From assembly GCF_001194135.2 (NCBI RefSeq), contig NC_068989.1, positions 63,785,194 to 63,849,193 on the forward strand: 64,000 bases of DNA, given 5' to 3'. The first letter of the stretch is position 1, and each line of letters starts with the position of its first letter. Below are positions 63,697 to 64,000 of this stretch, one piece after another. A program made the position numbers and the translations under genes. Source of the stretch: Octopus bimaculoides. Taxonomy: Eukaryota. The notes under the pieces are model-generated. The model made no database searches and had not been told where the DNA came from. It saw only the letters and a list, made by a program, of their open reading frames with translations.

Positions 63697-63837
<141 letters not shown>

Positions 63838-64000
63838 CCTGCATCATGGTTTCTGACTCTATATTAGCAAATAAAATAATTTGCTAGGCGGAGTCTTCAT
63901 CAACAGGTACGCCAAGATTAAACATATAAACACGAGGCCATCAAGCATGTGCCCCGTGCTTATATACTATAATTTTTCAAATCCACCGCGCAAGCGTATA

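Overview
AT-rich, repeat-dense metazoan DNA, most likely intronic or intergenic sequence from a cephalopod (octopus-like) draft assembly. The organism call is an inference from microsatellite density and the SINE families. About 12 N-gaps are present, almost all flanked by microsatellites. No intact protein-coding gene, rRNA, functional tRNA or CRISPR array is supportable. The long ORFs in the track are microsatellite or gap artefacts, and the meaningful short ones are decayed transposon fragments. Recognisable content: four mariner relics, a Tc1/maT-like 3' end, a Tigger/pogo-like MITE, RTE, CR1/L2-like and two R4/Dong-like LINE fragments, Penelope-like (PLE) remnants, and more than 20 copies of three tRNA-derived SINE families. 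The most interesting observations are: (1) minimal type-I hammerhead ribozyme motifs in PLE-type repeats, one directly downstream of a tRNA-like Pol III promoter inside a Penelope 3' region; (2) a mariner composite with two inward-facing 5' ends; (3) a 3' stem-loop and tail shared between a LINE and the commonest SINE; (4) a few promoter-like motif clusters, a perfect 20-bp hairpin and small candidate exons of an unidentified minus-strand gene.
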